A DNA stretch of 64,000 nt, from assembly GCA_963705985.1 (NCBI GenBank), contig CAVPLK010000003.1, positions 67,745 to 131,744 on the forward strand. The letters are read 5' to 3'. Source of the DNA: an uncultured Gemmatimonadales bacterium. GTDB taxonomy: Bacteria; Gemmatimonadota; Gemmatimonadetes; Gemmatimonadales; GWC2-71-9. Under the pieces are notes generated by a model. The model did not search any database. It had not been told where the DNA came from and saw nothing but the letters and a program-made list of their open reading frames with translations. This document shows positions 29,751 to 37,911 of the stretch, piece by piece (position 1 is the first letter of the stretch; every line of letters starts with the position of its first letter). The position numbers and the translations under genes were made by a program.

Positions 29751-31190
29751 ACTCGTACCTCGGCGGTGTCAGGGCGTACCGCCAGCGGGCGCGCGCGTGC
29801 GGCCAGCGGGACGGCGTATTCCTGCAGGAACTCGGCGACCTGCTGCCGGGCCCGCCCCGCGTACTTCGACGGTTCGAGCTCGGCCTTCAGCGCGCCCGAG
29901 GGAATCTTCGCGAACGCGGGGTCGGCGCCGAGTCGGTCCATCAGGTCGTTGGGCTCGCCCCGCGCGACGTTGGCGGCGACGATCATGCTGTGCCGGCGCA
30001 TCACCTCGTGCAGCGCCTGGCGGTCGCCTCCGGCCGAGACGCCCAGCATCAGCCACCGCTCGGTGGCCATGAACGGCATCTGGGTCATCACGTGGCGGCG
30101 AATCACGTCCGGCCGCACCTCGAGGCCGGCGGCGATGTTCCCGGCGAGGATGAGGATCGCATCGGTGGCGAGAAACGCCTCCGGCAGAGTCAGGCGCCGG
30201 TTGGCGCTGTCGTCGAGGGTGCGCTCGAGCCACTGGTTGGCTGCCGTCTGCGCCGTGTTGGCCTGCAGGGACATGACGAACCGGGCGAGCGCGCTGATCC
30301 GCTCGGCGCGCATCGGGTTCCGCTTGTAGGCCATGGCGCTCGAGCCGATCTGCTCCGATTCGAAGGGTTCCAGGAACTCGCCCTCGTGCTGCAGGAGGCG
30401 GAGGTCGCCGGCCAGCTTGGAGGCGGACTGCGCGACGCCGGAGAGCACGTCGAGCACGGCGCGTCGACCTTGCGCGTGTAGGTCTGTCCGGTGACGGCCC
30501 AGGTGCGGTCGAACCCCAGGCGCTGGGCGACCCGCCGGTCGAGTTCGCGCACCTTGCCGTGGTCGCCGCCGAAGAGCTCGAGGAACGACGCCTGGGTTCC
30601 GGTGGTGCCCTTGCAGCCGCGGAGGCGCAGCGTCTCGAGGCGGTGGCAGAGGTCCTCGACGTCGAGCGCCGAAGTCCTGCATCCAGAGCGTGGCGCGCTT
30701 GCCGACGGTGGTGAGCTGGGCCGGCTGGAAATGGGTGTAGGCCAGGCAGGGCTCGCCGGCGTGACCGCTCGGCGAAGCCGCCGAGGGCGTCGAGGACCGC
30801 GAGGAGCCGCCCCAGCACGAGGCGGAGCCCTTCGCGGATGACGAGCAGATCGGCGTTGTCGGTCACGAAGGCGCTGGTGGCGCCCGAGGTGCAGGAACGG
30901 ACGCGGCGGCGGGGGCCTGGTCGCCGAAGTGCGTGCACGTGCGCCATCACGTCGTGCCGGAAGCGCCGCTCGTATTCGGCGGCGGTGGCGAGGTCGGCAT
31001 CGTCCAGGTGGGCGCGCATTTCCTCGAGCGCGGCCTTCGGGATGTCGAGGCCCAGCTCGCGTTCCGACTCGGCGAGGGCCAGCCAGACACGGCGCCAGAG
31101 ACCGATGCGGTGCGGCTCGCCCCAGAGGCGCTGCATGGCCGGGGAGGCGTAGCGGGAGCCGAGGGGGGAGCGCCAGCGATCGTCGGTCAT
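29747..31190 (-). pseudogene. purB: adenylosuccinate lyase carrying about six single-nt indels (or assembly errors)
   Basis: PurB-like segments switch among all three frames. Putative +1 insertions lie near 30929, 30901, 30882, 30764 and 30670, and a -1 deletion near 30460. The corrected reading is 479 aa with [33 protein letters not shown] and [14 protein letters not shown] motifs. Confidence 0.85.
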
Positions 31191-32593
31191 CGATACACCA
31201 GGTCCGTGTAGGCGGTTTGCCCGTTGCGTTCGACCCAGATGCGAAACGCTTGGCCGGGGCGGAGGTCGTCCAGAAACACGCTCAAGTCGGTCGCGGTGGC
31301 CACGCGACGGCGGTCGAGACCGATGATGACGTCATTCTCGCGCAATCCGGTCGCGTCGGCGGTCCGTGGCGCGATGCTGACGACGAGCGCACCCTGGTCG
31401 CTTTGCAGGCCGCGTTCGGCCCGGATGGCCGGCGTGATGCTCACCAGCTGCAGGTCCTCCAGCACCGTCACGCGCGCGGCGGTCCGGGTCGGGAGGTCGC
31501 TCGCGACGAGGGTGCGGGTGAAGGTGGCGTTCCCGCGGCGCGTGACGAGCAGGACGGTGTCTCCCACGCCCAGGTCGAGCTTGACCGATTCCCAGTCGAG
31601 ATGATTGTGCAGGGTGCGCCCGTTGGCCGAGACGAGGACGTCGCGCCGCTGGATGCCGGCGCGTGCGGCGGGCCCGCTGGGGGCTACGCCGGCCACCACG
31701 AGGCCGTTCGACGCGCGCCAGTCCTCGAAGTTCTGCGGCGGCGTGACGTCGAGGCCGGTCCAGGCCCGTCGCACGGCGCCGTTGCCGAGCAGCAAGTCCG
31801 CCACCCGCAGCGCGCGCTCGATGGGAATCGCGAAGCCGAGGCCGATCGAGCCGCCGCTGTTCGAGAGGATGGATGAATTCACCCCGACCACCTGGCCCAG
31901 CGCGTTGGCGAGGGGCCCGCCGGAATTGCCGGGATTGATGGCGGCGTCGGTCTGGATCATGTCGAGGTACAGGCCCGCCTGGCCCTCCGAGGGGAGGATG
32001 TTGCGCCCGGTCGCGCTCACCACGCCGGCGGTGACCGTCGGTTCGGTATTCCCGAGGTAGTCGGCGTACGGGTTGCCGAGCGCGACGACCCACTCGCCGA
32101 CCATGAGCTCGCTGCTCTTCCCGAGCGGGACGGTCGGCAGGCCGCGTCCCGCCACCTGGATCACGGCGATGTCCGACACCGGGTCGGCGCCCACGAGGGT
32201 CGCCGGAAGCTGGGTGCCGTCGGTGAGGGTCACGGTGATCTGTTCCGCACCGGCCACGACGTGCTGGTTGGTGAGGATCACCCCGTTGCCCCGGATCAGG
32301 AAGCCGGTGCCGGAGCCGCGGACGAGTTGCGAGGTGTACCGGGGCACAAACATGTCGGCCCAGGAAGACCGCATCGCCACCTGCTGCCGGGCGGCGACGC
32401 TGATCGACACGACCGCCGGCGCGAGTCGTTCCACCGCCGTGACGATGGCGGTGCGTCGACCGGTATCGAGCGTGGATTGGGCGCTGAGGGCGGGGGCGAC
32501 GCAGGCCAGCAGCATGCCGCCGACCGCACCCGCCCGCGCACCGTCGAGCGCGCGGCGGAAGGCGGGTCGTGCGGAGTTGTGGCGAGACGTCAT
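31187..32593 (-). CDS. periplasmic serine endoprotease, HtrA/DegP family (trypsin domain + 2 PDZ)
   Basis: Signal sequence, catalytic GNSGGPL, two PDZ-like repeats. ATG 32593 overlaps the truA stop (ATGA). The longer ORF to 32986 is Arg/Gly-rich non-homologous extension. Confidence 0.88.
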   Translation of the reverse strand: MTSRHNSARPAFRRALDGARAGAVGGMLLACVAPALSAQSTLDTGRRTAIVTAVERLAPAVVSISVAARQQVAMRSSWADMFVPRYTSQLVRGSGTGFLIRGNGVILTNQHVVAGAEQITVTLTDGTQLPATLVGADPVSDIAVIQVAGRGLPTVPLGKSSELMVGEWVVALGNPYADYLGNTEPTVTAGVVSATGRNILPSEGQAGLYLDMIQTDAAINPGNSGGPLANALGQVVGVNSSILSNSGGSIGLGFAIPIERALRVADLLLGNGAVRRAWTGLDVTPPQNFEDWRASNGLVVAGVAPSGPAARAGIQRRDVLVSANGRTLHNHLDWESVKLDLGVGDTVLLVTRRGNATFTRTLVASDLPTRTAARVTVLEDLQLVSITPAIRAERGLQSDQGALVVSIAPRTADATGLRENDVIIGLDRRRVATATDLSVFLDDLRPGQAFRIWVERNGQTAYTDLVYR

Positions 32594-33375
32594 GCGGCAT
32601 CCCCGGCGTGGTCGGCGAATGCCCCCGCCGGATACTCGGCGGAGACGAAATACAGTCCTTCGGGCGGCGCGGGTGGACTGGTGTCGGCGTTGTCCTCCCG
32701 CGCCAGCAGGGCGGCGAGGTCCTCGACCGGTCTCCGCCCGAGGCCGATGTCCACCATCGTGCCGACCAGCATCCGGACCATATGGTGCAGGAACCGGTCG
32801 GCCGCGACGTGAAAGGTGAATCCCTGGTCGGCTACCCGCGGCCGCCACTCCGCCCGCCGGAGGGTGCACCGGTAGTGCGGCTTCGGCTCGCCCTTGACCG
32901 CGAAGGCCCGGAAGCTGTGTTCGCCGGGCAGCGAGGCGGCGGCCTCGTGCAGCCGGTCGCTGTTGAGGTCCCGACCCAGCGCCCATTCATAGGGGCGGCG
33001 AAAGGGGGACATCGACGCGGCGTCCACGCCCACCAGGTAGCGATACTCGCGACCGATGGCGCTCTTCCGCGCGTGGAACCCGGGATTCGCCAGCCGGACC
33101 CGCTCCACCCAGCAGTCGCGGGGAAGCAGCGCGTTCAACGCGCGATGCACCGCGTCGGGTTCCCACTTGGCCGCCAGGCTGAAGCTGACACCCATTCCCA
33201 CGGCATGGACGCCCGCATCGGTCCGGCCGGCGCCGTGGGCGACCACGCGACGTCCGTCGAGCCGCTCCAGAACCCCTTCAATTTCGGCCTGAACTGTGCG
33301 GCCGGATGCCTGCCGTTGCCAGCCGAGAAATCGGCCGCCATCAAAGTGCAACAGGGCGAGAAAAGTCCGGCTCAT
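32590..33375 (-). CDS. truA: tRNA pseudouridine(38-40) synthase
   Basis: GAGRTDAGVHA catalytic-Asp motif. 261 aa. Confidence 0.93.
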   Translation of the reverse strand: MSRTFLALLHFDGGRFLGWQRQASGRTVQAEIEGVLERLDGRRVVAHGAGRTDAGVHAVGMGVSFSLAAKWEPDAVHRALNALLPRDCWVERVRLANPGFHARKSAIGREYRYLVGVDAASMSPFRRPYEWALGRDLNSDRLHEAAASLPGEHSFRAFAVKGEPKPHYRCTLRRAEWRPRVADQGFTFHVAADRFLHHMVRMLVGTMVDIGLGRRPVEDLAALLAREDNADTSPPAPPEGLYFVSAEYPAGAFADHAGDAA

Positions 33376-33383
33376 CGGGGCGA

Positions 33384-33413
33384 AATCTACCCCGTTTGAC
33401 GGGCCCCCGGCAA
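33384..33413 (-). promoter_or_regulatory. candidate promoter of the truA...purE block (TTGCCG-N18-TAGATT)
   Basis: On the minus strand: -35 TTGCCG (33413-33408) and -10 TAGATT (33389-33384), only about 8 nt from the truA ATG. Same -35 hexamer as the ssrA candidate. Confidence 0.3.
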
Positions 33414-33426
33414 GACACGCAAATGC

Positions 33427-33465
33427 TTGTCAGAATTGACAAAAGGCCGTGTTGGCCGCTACCAT
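33427..33465 (+). promoter_or_regulatory. consensus-like orphan promoter (TTGACA-N18-TACCAT) overlapped by the palindrome TTGTCA-gaat-TGACAA
   Basis: -35 at 33436-33441 and -10 at 33460-33465. A 6-4-6 perfect inverted repeat at 33427-33442 covers the -35. No protein gene follows on this strand. Confidence 0.45.
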
Positions 33466-33471
33466 TTTCTT

Positions 33472-33725
33472 GCGCTCGTGCGGCCTTCTCGGGGTCGCCG
33501 GACTATCCCCCGATCCCCTCCCAAGTGACCCAGACCGCTCCACCCCTCGCCGCGTGGCACCTGTGCTGGTCGACGCCTGCGTCCGCCCGGGCACCAGCCC
33601 GACCGCTGTCGCACAGGCCGAGACCGGCGCCGACGAAATCGGGCCGACGGGTGTGACGGAGGTTTGAGAGGTCCGGGAGGGTGTGGCGTGGGGCCGGTGG
33701 CGAGCCCGCCGTCTCCGGCGGGCGC
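33472..33725 (+). ncRNA. candidate small RNA (unclassified; possibly 6S-like)
   Basis: About 250 nt between the orphan promoter and the hairpin GCCCGCC-GTCTCC-GGCGGGC (33704-33723) followed by a moderately U-rich tail. The 5' GGGGTCGCC and CCCCTCCC segments can pair with 3' GGCGAGCCC and GGGAGGG. No convincing ORF. Confidence 0.3.
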
Positions 33726-33728
33726 TGT

Positions 33729-34337
33729 CTAGTATTTGCGGATGACTCCGACCACGACGCCCTGGATCAGCACGTCGCGTTCCTGGAAGCGCATCGGCGA
33801 CATCGTCTCGTTGGCCGGCTGCAGGCGGATCCACCCCCCCGCCTCGCGGTAGAACTTCTTGACCGTGGCCTCGGCGCCGTTGATGAGGGCAATGACCATT
33901 TCTCCGTTTTCGGCCGACTGCTTGCCGTGCACCACGACGTAGTCGCCGTCGATGATGTGGGCCTCGACCATGGAGTCTCCCCGCACCTGCAGGGCGTAAT
34001 TGGGGCCCCGGGCCGGCAGCATCTCGTTGGGCACGGCGAGGGTTTCGCTGTGCATGACCGCCTCGATCGGCGTGCCCGCCGCGACCCGCCCGAGCACGGG
34101 GATTTCAGAGGCGACCGCGGTCCCCTTGGGAGGGAGCACCTCGATGGACCGACTCTCGTTATATCCGCGGCGGATGTAGCCCTTCCGCTCGAGGTTGGTC
34201 AGGTGCTCGTGCACCGTGGCCAGCGACTGGAATCCGAAGTGCTCCGCGATTTCCTCGAAGCTCGGCGCATACCCGTTGTCCGCAATTTGTGCCTGCAGGT
34301 AGGTGAGGATATCGCTTTGTCGGCGAGTGAGCGGCAT
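33729..34337 (-). CDS. lexA: LexA repressor
   Basis: Winged-HTH N-terminus (SFEEIAEHFGF...TVHEHL), cleavage site AAG, S24 peptidase Ser (GDSM) and Lys (TVKKF). ATG 34337 chosen. Confidence 0.93.
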   Translation of the reverse strand: MPLTRRQSDILTYLQAQIADNGYAPSFEEIAEHFGFQSLATVHEHLTNLERKGYIRRGYNESRSIEVLPPKGTAVASEIPVLGRVAAGTPIEAVMHSETLAVPNEMLPARGPNYALQVRGDSMVEAHIIDGDYVVVHGKQSAENGEMVIALINGAEATVKKFYREAGGWIRLQPANETMSPMRFQERDVLIQGVVVGVIRKY

Positions 34338-34670
34338 GACCGTCCTCCGAGCGAGTGACCGAAGAGAGCCCGAATCAAGGTACCCGAACACGAACCGAAG
34401 GTCAAGATGGCCAGGTTCACGCGGCGTGGGCCCCCCCTCCGCCGACCCCCTCCCGGACGGAATTCCCCCGGTGTTACGCACCGGGCGTGAAGCGCAGGGT
34501 TCGAGGAGGGCGGTCCCGGGCCGTGCGGCGGTGGCCGTGGAGGCGGGTGCCTCTTACCTTGGAGTGATGTTCCAGCGCGGTGGCGATGAGACGCCCCCGA
34601 CCTGCCCGGTCCGTACGGGATGGGGCACGAAGGCGTCGAGTTCTGTGGCGGCATTGACGGGGGAGGTGCG

Positions 34671-36458
34671 TTGACCGAACCGGGCGGGGAGTTCGAACAG
34701 GTACTGCCACCGGAACAGGTGGAGGAACTCCTGCGCACGCTGGTCAAGGCGTCGCGCGCGTTCCAGATGTACCTGCCGAACAACCCGATGTTCCACCGCG
34801 CGGCCAAGAACCTCGAGGCGGCGTTCGATCCGGTCTGGTCCGCCACCGATGAACTCGTCCTCACCGTGCACGAGACGGACTTCGTCTGGGAAGGCACGGT
34901 GGTGTACCACCAGCTCAGCAAGGCGGACAGTCTCGCCTGGACGCTCTACAAGGATGGGCTTCGGGTGCTGACGCTGCGCAAGGGCGTCGAAATCGAGGAA
35001 CTGCCGCGGCTCCTCCGCGTGGTGAACAAGGTCCGCGGGCTGGCGCCGGACGCGACCGACGACCTCTTCACCTTGCTGTGGGCCGAGGAGTTTCAGTTCG
35101 TCGACGTGCGGTTTGCGGAATTCGTCCAGGATTTCGGCACCGGCGACCTCGTCCCCGGCGCGCAATTTTCGGCGGGGGCGAGCTACGCCTCCGAAGTGAA
35201 GAGCGACCTGGCGGGGACGACCGCGGGCGAGGGCACCGGTGGGGTGGCGGCGCCCGGCGAGACCGTCGGCGAAGGGGAAGCGGCGGGCACGGGCGGCGAG
35301 GCGGGCGGTGCGGCCGACGCCGTCGAACGGCCGAAGGGCGTCGTCGACCTCGACGAGTTCGACTCGACGCTGTACTTCCTCGACGCCGCCGAAATCGACA
35401 TGCTGACCGCCGACCTCAATCTCGAGTACTCGCGCGACCTGCGCGAGGCCTCGCTCACCGCCCTCTACGACCTCTTCGAAACCCAGGCCGAACCGGACAT
35501 CCGGGAGGAGATCCTCGGCGTGCTCGAGGCGCTCTTTCCCAGCATGCTCAACGCCGGTGAATTCCGCGCGAGCGCGGCGGTGCTGCGGGAGACCCGCGTG
35601 CTCGCGGAGCGCTCGGTCGACCTGGTCCTGGCGCACAAGGAGCGGTTGATCCAGTTCATCGAGCAGCTCAGCGAGCCGGCCATCGTGAGCCAGCTGATGC
35701 AGGCCCTCGACGAGGGCACGGGCCGGCCGAGCGACGCCGACATCGCCGAACTCCTGCGCGAGCTGCGGCCGCGGGCGCTCTCCACGCTGGTGGAGTGGAC
35801 GCCGCGCCTCACCTCCGCGCCGGTGCGCGCCCTCGTGGAGGAGGCGGTGCAGCAGCTGGCGTCGTCCCATCAGGGGGAGCTGCTCCGCCTGCTGCGCTCC
35901 GGCGATCCCGAGGCGCTCCCTGGCGCCATCGAACTGGCCGGCCGCCTCAAGCTGGAGGGGGCCGTCGCCGGCCTGGGCGACGTGATGAACAGCCCCGATG
36001 CGACGCTGCGGCACGCCGCCGCCGAGGCGCTGGTCCAGATCGGGACGCCGGGGGCGCTCGTCCTGCTCGAGCGCGCCATCGGTGACGACGATCGCGCCGT
36101 GCGGGTCGCCGCGCTGAAGGCGCTCAGCGCGCGCGGGTACAAGGGGGCGCTTCGCCGGGTCGAAGAGGTGGTGAGCGGCAAGGGGCGGAAGGACCTCGAC
36201 TTCAACGAACGGCGCGCCTTCTTCGAGGCGTACGGGGCCATCGTGGGGCCCGGCGGCGTCGAGGCGCTGCGCGACCTGCTCGTCCGGCGCGGCTTCTTCC
36301 GGCGAAAGCAGAGCGCCGATGTCCGGATGTGTGCCGCGCTCGGGCTGGGAAAGATCGGCACGCCTGAGGCGCGGGCGGTGCTCGAGTCGGTCGCGGAGGA
36401 CAACGACCGCCAGGTCCGCAATGCCGTCACCGCGGCGCTTCGGGGGGTGGCCGAATGA
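34671..36458 (+). CDS. HEAT-repeat protein with an N-terminal domain shared with the downstream HD-GYP protein
   Basis: C-terminal PBS-lyase/HEAT-like repeats (LRHAAAEALVQIGTPGA, AVRVAALKALS, DVRMCAALGLGKIGTPEA, QVRNAVTAAL). TTG 34671 is preceded by GGGGGAGG; ATG 34620 is the alternative. Confidence 0.7.
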   Translation: MTEPGGEFEQVLPPEQVEELLRTLVKASRAFQMYLPNNPMFHRAAKNLEAAFDPVWSATDELVLTVHETDFVWEGTVVYHQLSKADSLAWTLYKDGLRVLTLRKGVEIEELPRLLRVVNKVRGLAPDATDDLFTLLWAEEFQFVDVRFAEFVQDFGTGDLVPGAQFSAGASYASEVKSDLAGTTAGEGTGGVAAPGETVGEGEAAGTGGEAGGAADAVERPKGVVDLDEFDSTLYFLDAAEIDMLTADLNLEYSRDLREASLTALYDLFETQAEPDIREEILGVLEALFPSMLNAGEFRASAAVLRETRVLAERSVDLVLAHKERLIQFIEQLSEPAIVSQLMQALDEGTGRPSDADIAELLRELRPRALSTLVEWTPRLTSAPVRALVEEAVQQLASSHQGELLRLLRSGDPEALPGAIELAGRLKLEGAVAGLGDVMNSPDATLRHAAAEALVQIGTPGALVLLERAIGDDDRAVRVAALKALSARGYKGALRRVEEVVSGKGRKDLDFNERRAFFEAYGAIVGPGGVEALRDLLVRRGFFRRKQSADVRMCAALGLGKIGTPEARAVLESVAEDNDRQVRNAVTAALRGVAE

Positions 36459-37897
36459 GCCAGGACCCACAGTCCGCCGATCACAACCTCCGGCACGATG
36501 GCCGCAGCCTCCTCCTCTCGTTCTATGCCGCATTGCGGAGCCTCAAGCTCTACCCGCTCGAGAACACCACCGTCCAGAAGGCGCTCGATGACCTGCTCAC
36601 GGCGGGGGAGCAGCTGCTCGCCGAGGAGGAGGACGTGGAGATTCGGGTGTCGGGCGACTTCCTCTTCGTCAACGACACCAGGCTCCGGCTCGAACTCGAC
36701 AACTACGCATCGTTCAGCCAGGTCCTCGGGCTCCTCCGCACGTTCGAGGTCGGGACGCTGCGCATCGTGCGGGGTGTCGAACGCCGGGAGTGGCAGGCGT
36801 TGCTCAGCGTCTTTCTCAGCCTCGGGACCCGCGACGTGGCGGGGAGCAGGTTCGAGGAGTTGCTGGCCCGCCTCCAGCGCGCCGACCTTCGGCATATCCA
36901 GCTGGAGCCGCTCAGTGCGGTGGAGGAACAGGAAGACTCCGCCGAGGCGCGCGAGGTGGCCAAGCGCACCTACGCGCAGGGCGTCGCCGTCACCAAGGAC
37001 GTGGTCAACAGCGTCCGGATGGGGCGTACCGCCAACCTGAAGAAGGTGAAGCGTGCGGTGCAGCTCGTGGTCGACCAGGTGCTCAACAACGAGACCTCCA
37101 TCGTCGGGCTCACCACCATTCGCGACTACGACGAGTACACGTTCACGCACTCGGTGAACGTCTGCATCTTTTCCGTGGCGCTCGGCAAGAAGCTCGGGCT
37201 CGGCAAGCTGCAGCTCTACGATCTCGGGCTGGCGGCACTCCTGCACGACATCGGCAAGGCCCGCATCAGCCTCGACATCCTCAACAAGACCACCGGACTC
37301 GATGAGGACGAGTGGAGGGTGATGACGCGGCATCCCTGGTTCGGGACCCTGACCCTCTTCAGCTCGCGCCGCTACGAGGAGACTCCCTACCGGGCCATCC
37401 TCGTGGCGCATGAGCACCACATGAAGACCGACCTGACCGGATATCCCCGGCCGATTCGCCCGCGGAAGCTCGGCCTCTACTCCCGCCTGGTGGCCGTGGC
37501 CGATGGCTTCGATGCCGCGACGACCCGGCGCAGCTATCAGACGGTGCCGATCCAGCCGGACGCGGTGCTGAAGGAGATGTGGGAGAACCCGATGCGCGGC
37601 TATGACCGGGTGCTCGTCAAGGCACTCATCAACCTCATCGGCATCTATCCGGTCGGCACCTGCGTCATTCTCGACACGCTCGAGGTGGGCATCGTGGCGG
37701 CGGCCAACCCCGATCCCACGATGCTGAACCGGCCGCTGGTGCGCATCGCCATCGACACCAACGGCGCCGTCCTGCCGCCCCCGGGCGACCCGGCGGATCT
37801 CGGCGATGGCAACGGGCAGGGGGGCTACGCCCGCTCCATCGTCAAGGTCACCGACCCGACCCGGTACGGCCTGGTGGTGGGAGACTACTTTGTCTGA
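36455..37897 (+). CDS. HD-GYP domain protein (putative c-di-GMP phosphodiesterase)
   Basis: LLHDIGK and [11 protein letters not shown] motifs. Start overlaps the stop of the HEAT gene (ATGA). Confidence 0.88.
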   Translation: MSQDPQSADHNLRHDGRSLLLSFYAALRSLKLYPLENTTVQKALDDLLTAGEQLLAEEEDVEIRVSGDFLFVNDTRLRLELDNYASFSQVLGLLRTFEVGTLRIVRGVERREWQALLSVFLSLGTRDVAGSRFEELLARLQRADLRHIQLEPLSAVEEQEDSAEAREVAKRTYAQGVAVTKDVVNSVRMGRTANLKKVKRAVQLVVDQVLNNETSIVGLTTIRDYDEYTFTHSVNVCIFSVALGKKLGLGKLQLYDLGLAALLHDIGKARISLDILNKTTGLDEDEWRVMTRHPWFGTLTLFSSRRYEETPYRAILVAHEHHMKTDLTGYPRPIRPRKLGLYSRLVAVADGFDAATTRRSYQTVPIQPDAVLKEMWENPMRGYDRVLVKALINLIGIYPVGTCVILDTLEVGIVAAANPDPTMLNRPLVRIAIDTNGAVLPPPGDPADLGDGNGQGGYARSIVKVTDPTRYGLVVGDYFV

Positions 37898-37911
37898 CGC
37901 GGGCGCCTCCG

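Noticed and set aside
30880-30932. Three frame-restoring insertions in purB as programmed frameshifting or a tolerated variant
   Set aside because: No slippery heptamer or stimulatory context is present. The in-frame reading replaces the conserved FG...HLG active-site segment with [16 protein letters not shown]. Further uncompensated indels follow downstream.
33449-33667. 72-aa ORF in the truA-lexA spacer with fairly high GC3
   Set aside because: It has no RBS, and its start lies upstream of the -10 of the only good promoter. The peptide is Pro/Ser/Thr/Ala-rich and featureless. An RNA function is more likely, but a small protein is not excluded.
34338-34670. SOS (LexA) box upstream of lexA
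   Set aside because: I looked for CTGT-N8-ACAG, GAAC-N4-GTTC and GTTC-N7-GTTC types and found none. Only GAACACGAACCGAAG (direct half-site-like repeats with wrong spacing) and the palindrome CACGCGGCGTG are present. The operator of this lineage cannot be called from one locus.
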